A DNA stretch of 64,000 nucleotides from Catajapyx aquilonaris (lineage: Eukaryota): positions 1-64,000 of the forward strand of contig JYFJ02001425.1 in assembly GCA_000934665.2 (NCBI GenBank). The letters run 5' to 3'. Below the pieces are notes generated by a model. The model was not told where the DNA came from. It worked only from the letters and a program-made list of their open reading frames with translations, and made no database searches. Shown here piece after piece: positions 63,446 through 64,000 of the stretch (positions are counted from its first letter, which is position 1; each line of letters begins with the position of its first letter). A program made the position numbers and the translations under genes.

Positions 63446-63955
63446 CTGCAGAGAATCCAAAATTTCGGAAATTAATATTTGGGTGTGAGTGTATGCTGTC
63501 CATGGATTTTCAATACAGTACATTTCCGTCGCTTATAACGAATCTTTGTCGAAATTTAATTTCCAAAAAGGTCGAAAAATGTGAAAGATTTTAGGGACGG
63601 AAGGGACTCCACCATCGATGGAAGTTACGGTACTAATGTAATACCATCAGAATTGTTACTTCATCCATAAGCAAACAATGACTGTATGATGGCAACTGGA
63701 AGCTGATCACACATAAAAAGATTGATATGTCACTTGTCGCATGAGGAGAAATATACACATAAATTTATTACACGTACAATGAAACATGATCCGCACCTGA
63801 CATCTCTTACATATAACACCATAATTATGTAACACCTTGACACATTCCAAGCCAACCAACACGGGACCCAACAGCGTTCAAGTTTTCCCGGGCCTCAAAC
63901 TTGAACTTGTCAAAATGTTTCAAACTTATGAGCTAATAAATGGAATGGAACTGAC

Positions 63956-64000
63956 CGTCGTCTTCGGACCAAATGACCGAGGGCCATCCGAGTACCAGAG
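63956..64000 (-). CDS. SVWC/Vago-like protein, signal-peptide exon (truncated by window edge)
   Basis: ...LVLGWPSVIWSEDD g|gtcagt, phase 1, compatible with exon 63445; hydrophobic stretch followed by a plausible cleavage site. Confidence 0.6.

Overview
Eukaryotic, intron-rich arthropod DNA, most likely from a hemimetabolous insect (inferred from the tango sequence, the SINE type and the CpG mosaic). The ORF track is mostly noise, so real genes were rebuilt by hand from splice signals and exon phases. Five protein-coding loci: (1) a minus-strand HMG-box gene (ATG 5000) that can splice in frame onto a four-finger C2H2 exon (stop 1926); (2) head-to-head with it, PC4/SUB1 (6010-10444, 119 aa); (3) a ~47-kb ARNT/tango bHLH-PAS gene with two alternative N-termini (ATG 11408 or 21992, stop 58472; ~711 or ~729 aa); (4) a 164-aa multi-pass membrane protein of unclear family (minus, 61459-61953); (5) an 8-Cys single-VWC (Vago-like) secreted protein running off the right edge. 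The AT-rich parts hold many dead DNA transposons and MITEs (mariner, Tigger-like, Kolobok-like, piggyBac-like, Harbinger-like, hAT-Charlie) and two tRNA-derived SINEs, several of them nested. The 13-49 kb intronic part of tango is CpG-rich and nearly TE-free. No prokaryote-type system (CRISPR etc.) is present, and I cannot claim a demonstrated new biological system. The best leads are the HMG/C2H2 gene with a TAGTAG stop-or-extend acceptor, a Charlie3/MER1A/OC1-like hAT relic, a duplicated ACGTG-containing module in the tango intron, a CpG switch inside tango, and the orphan membrane protein.
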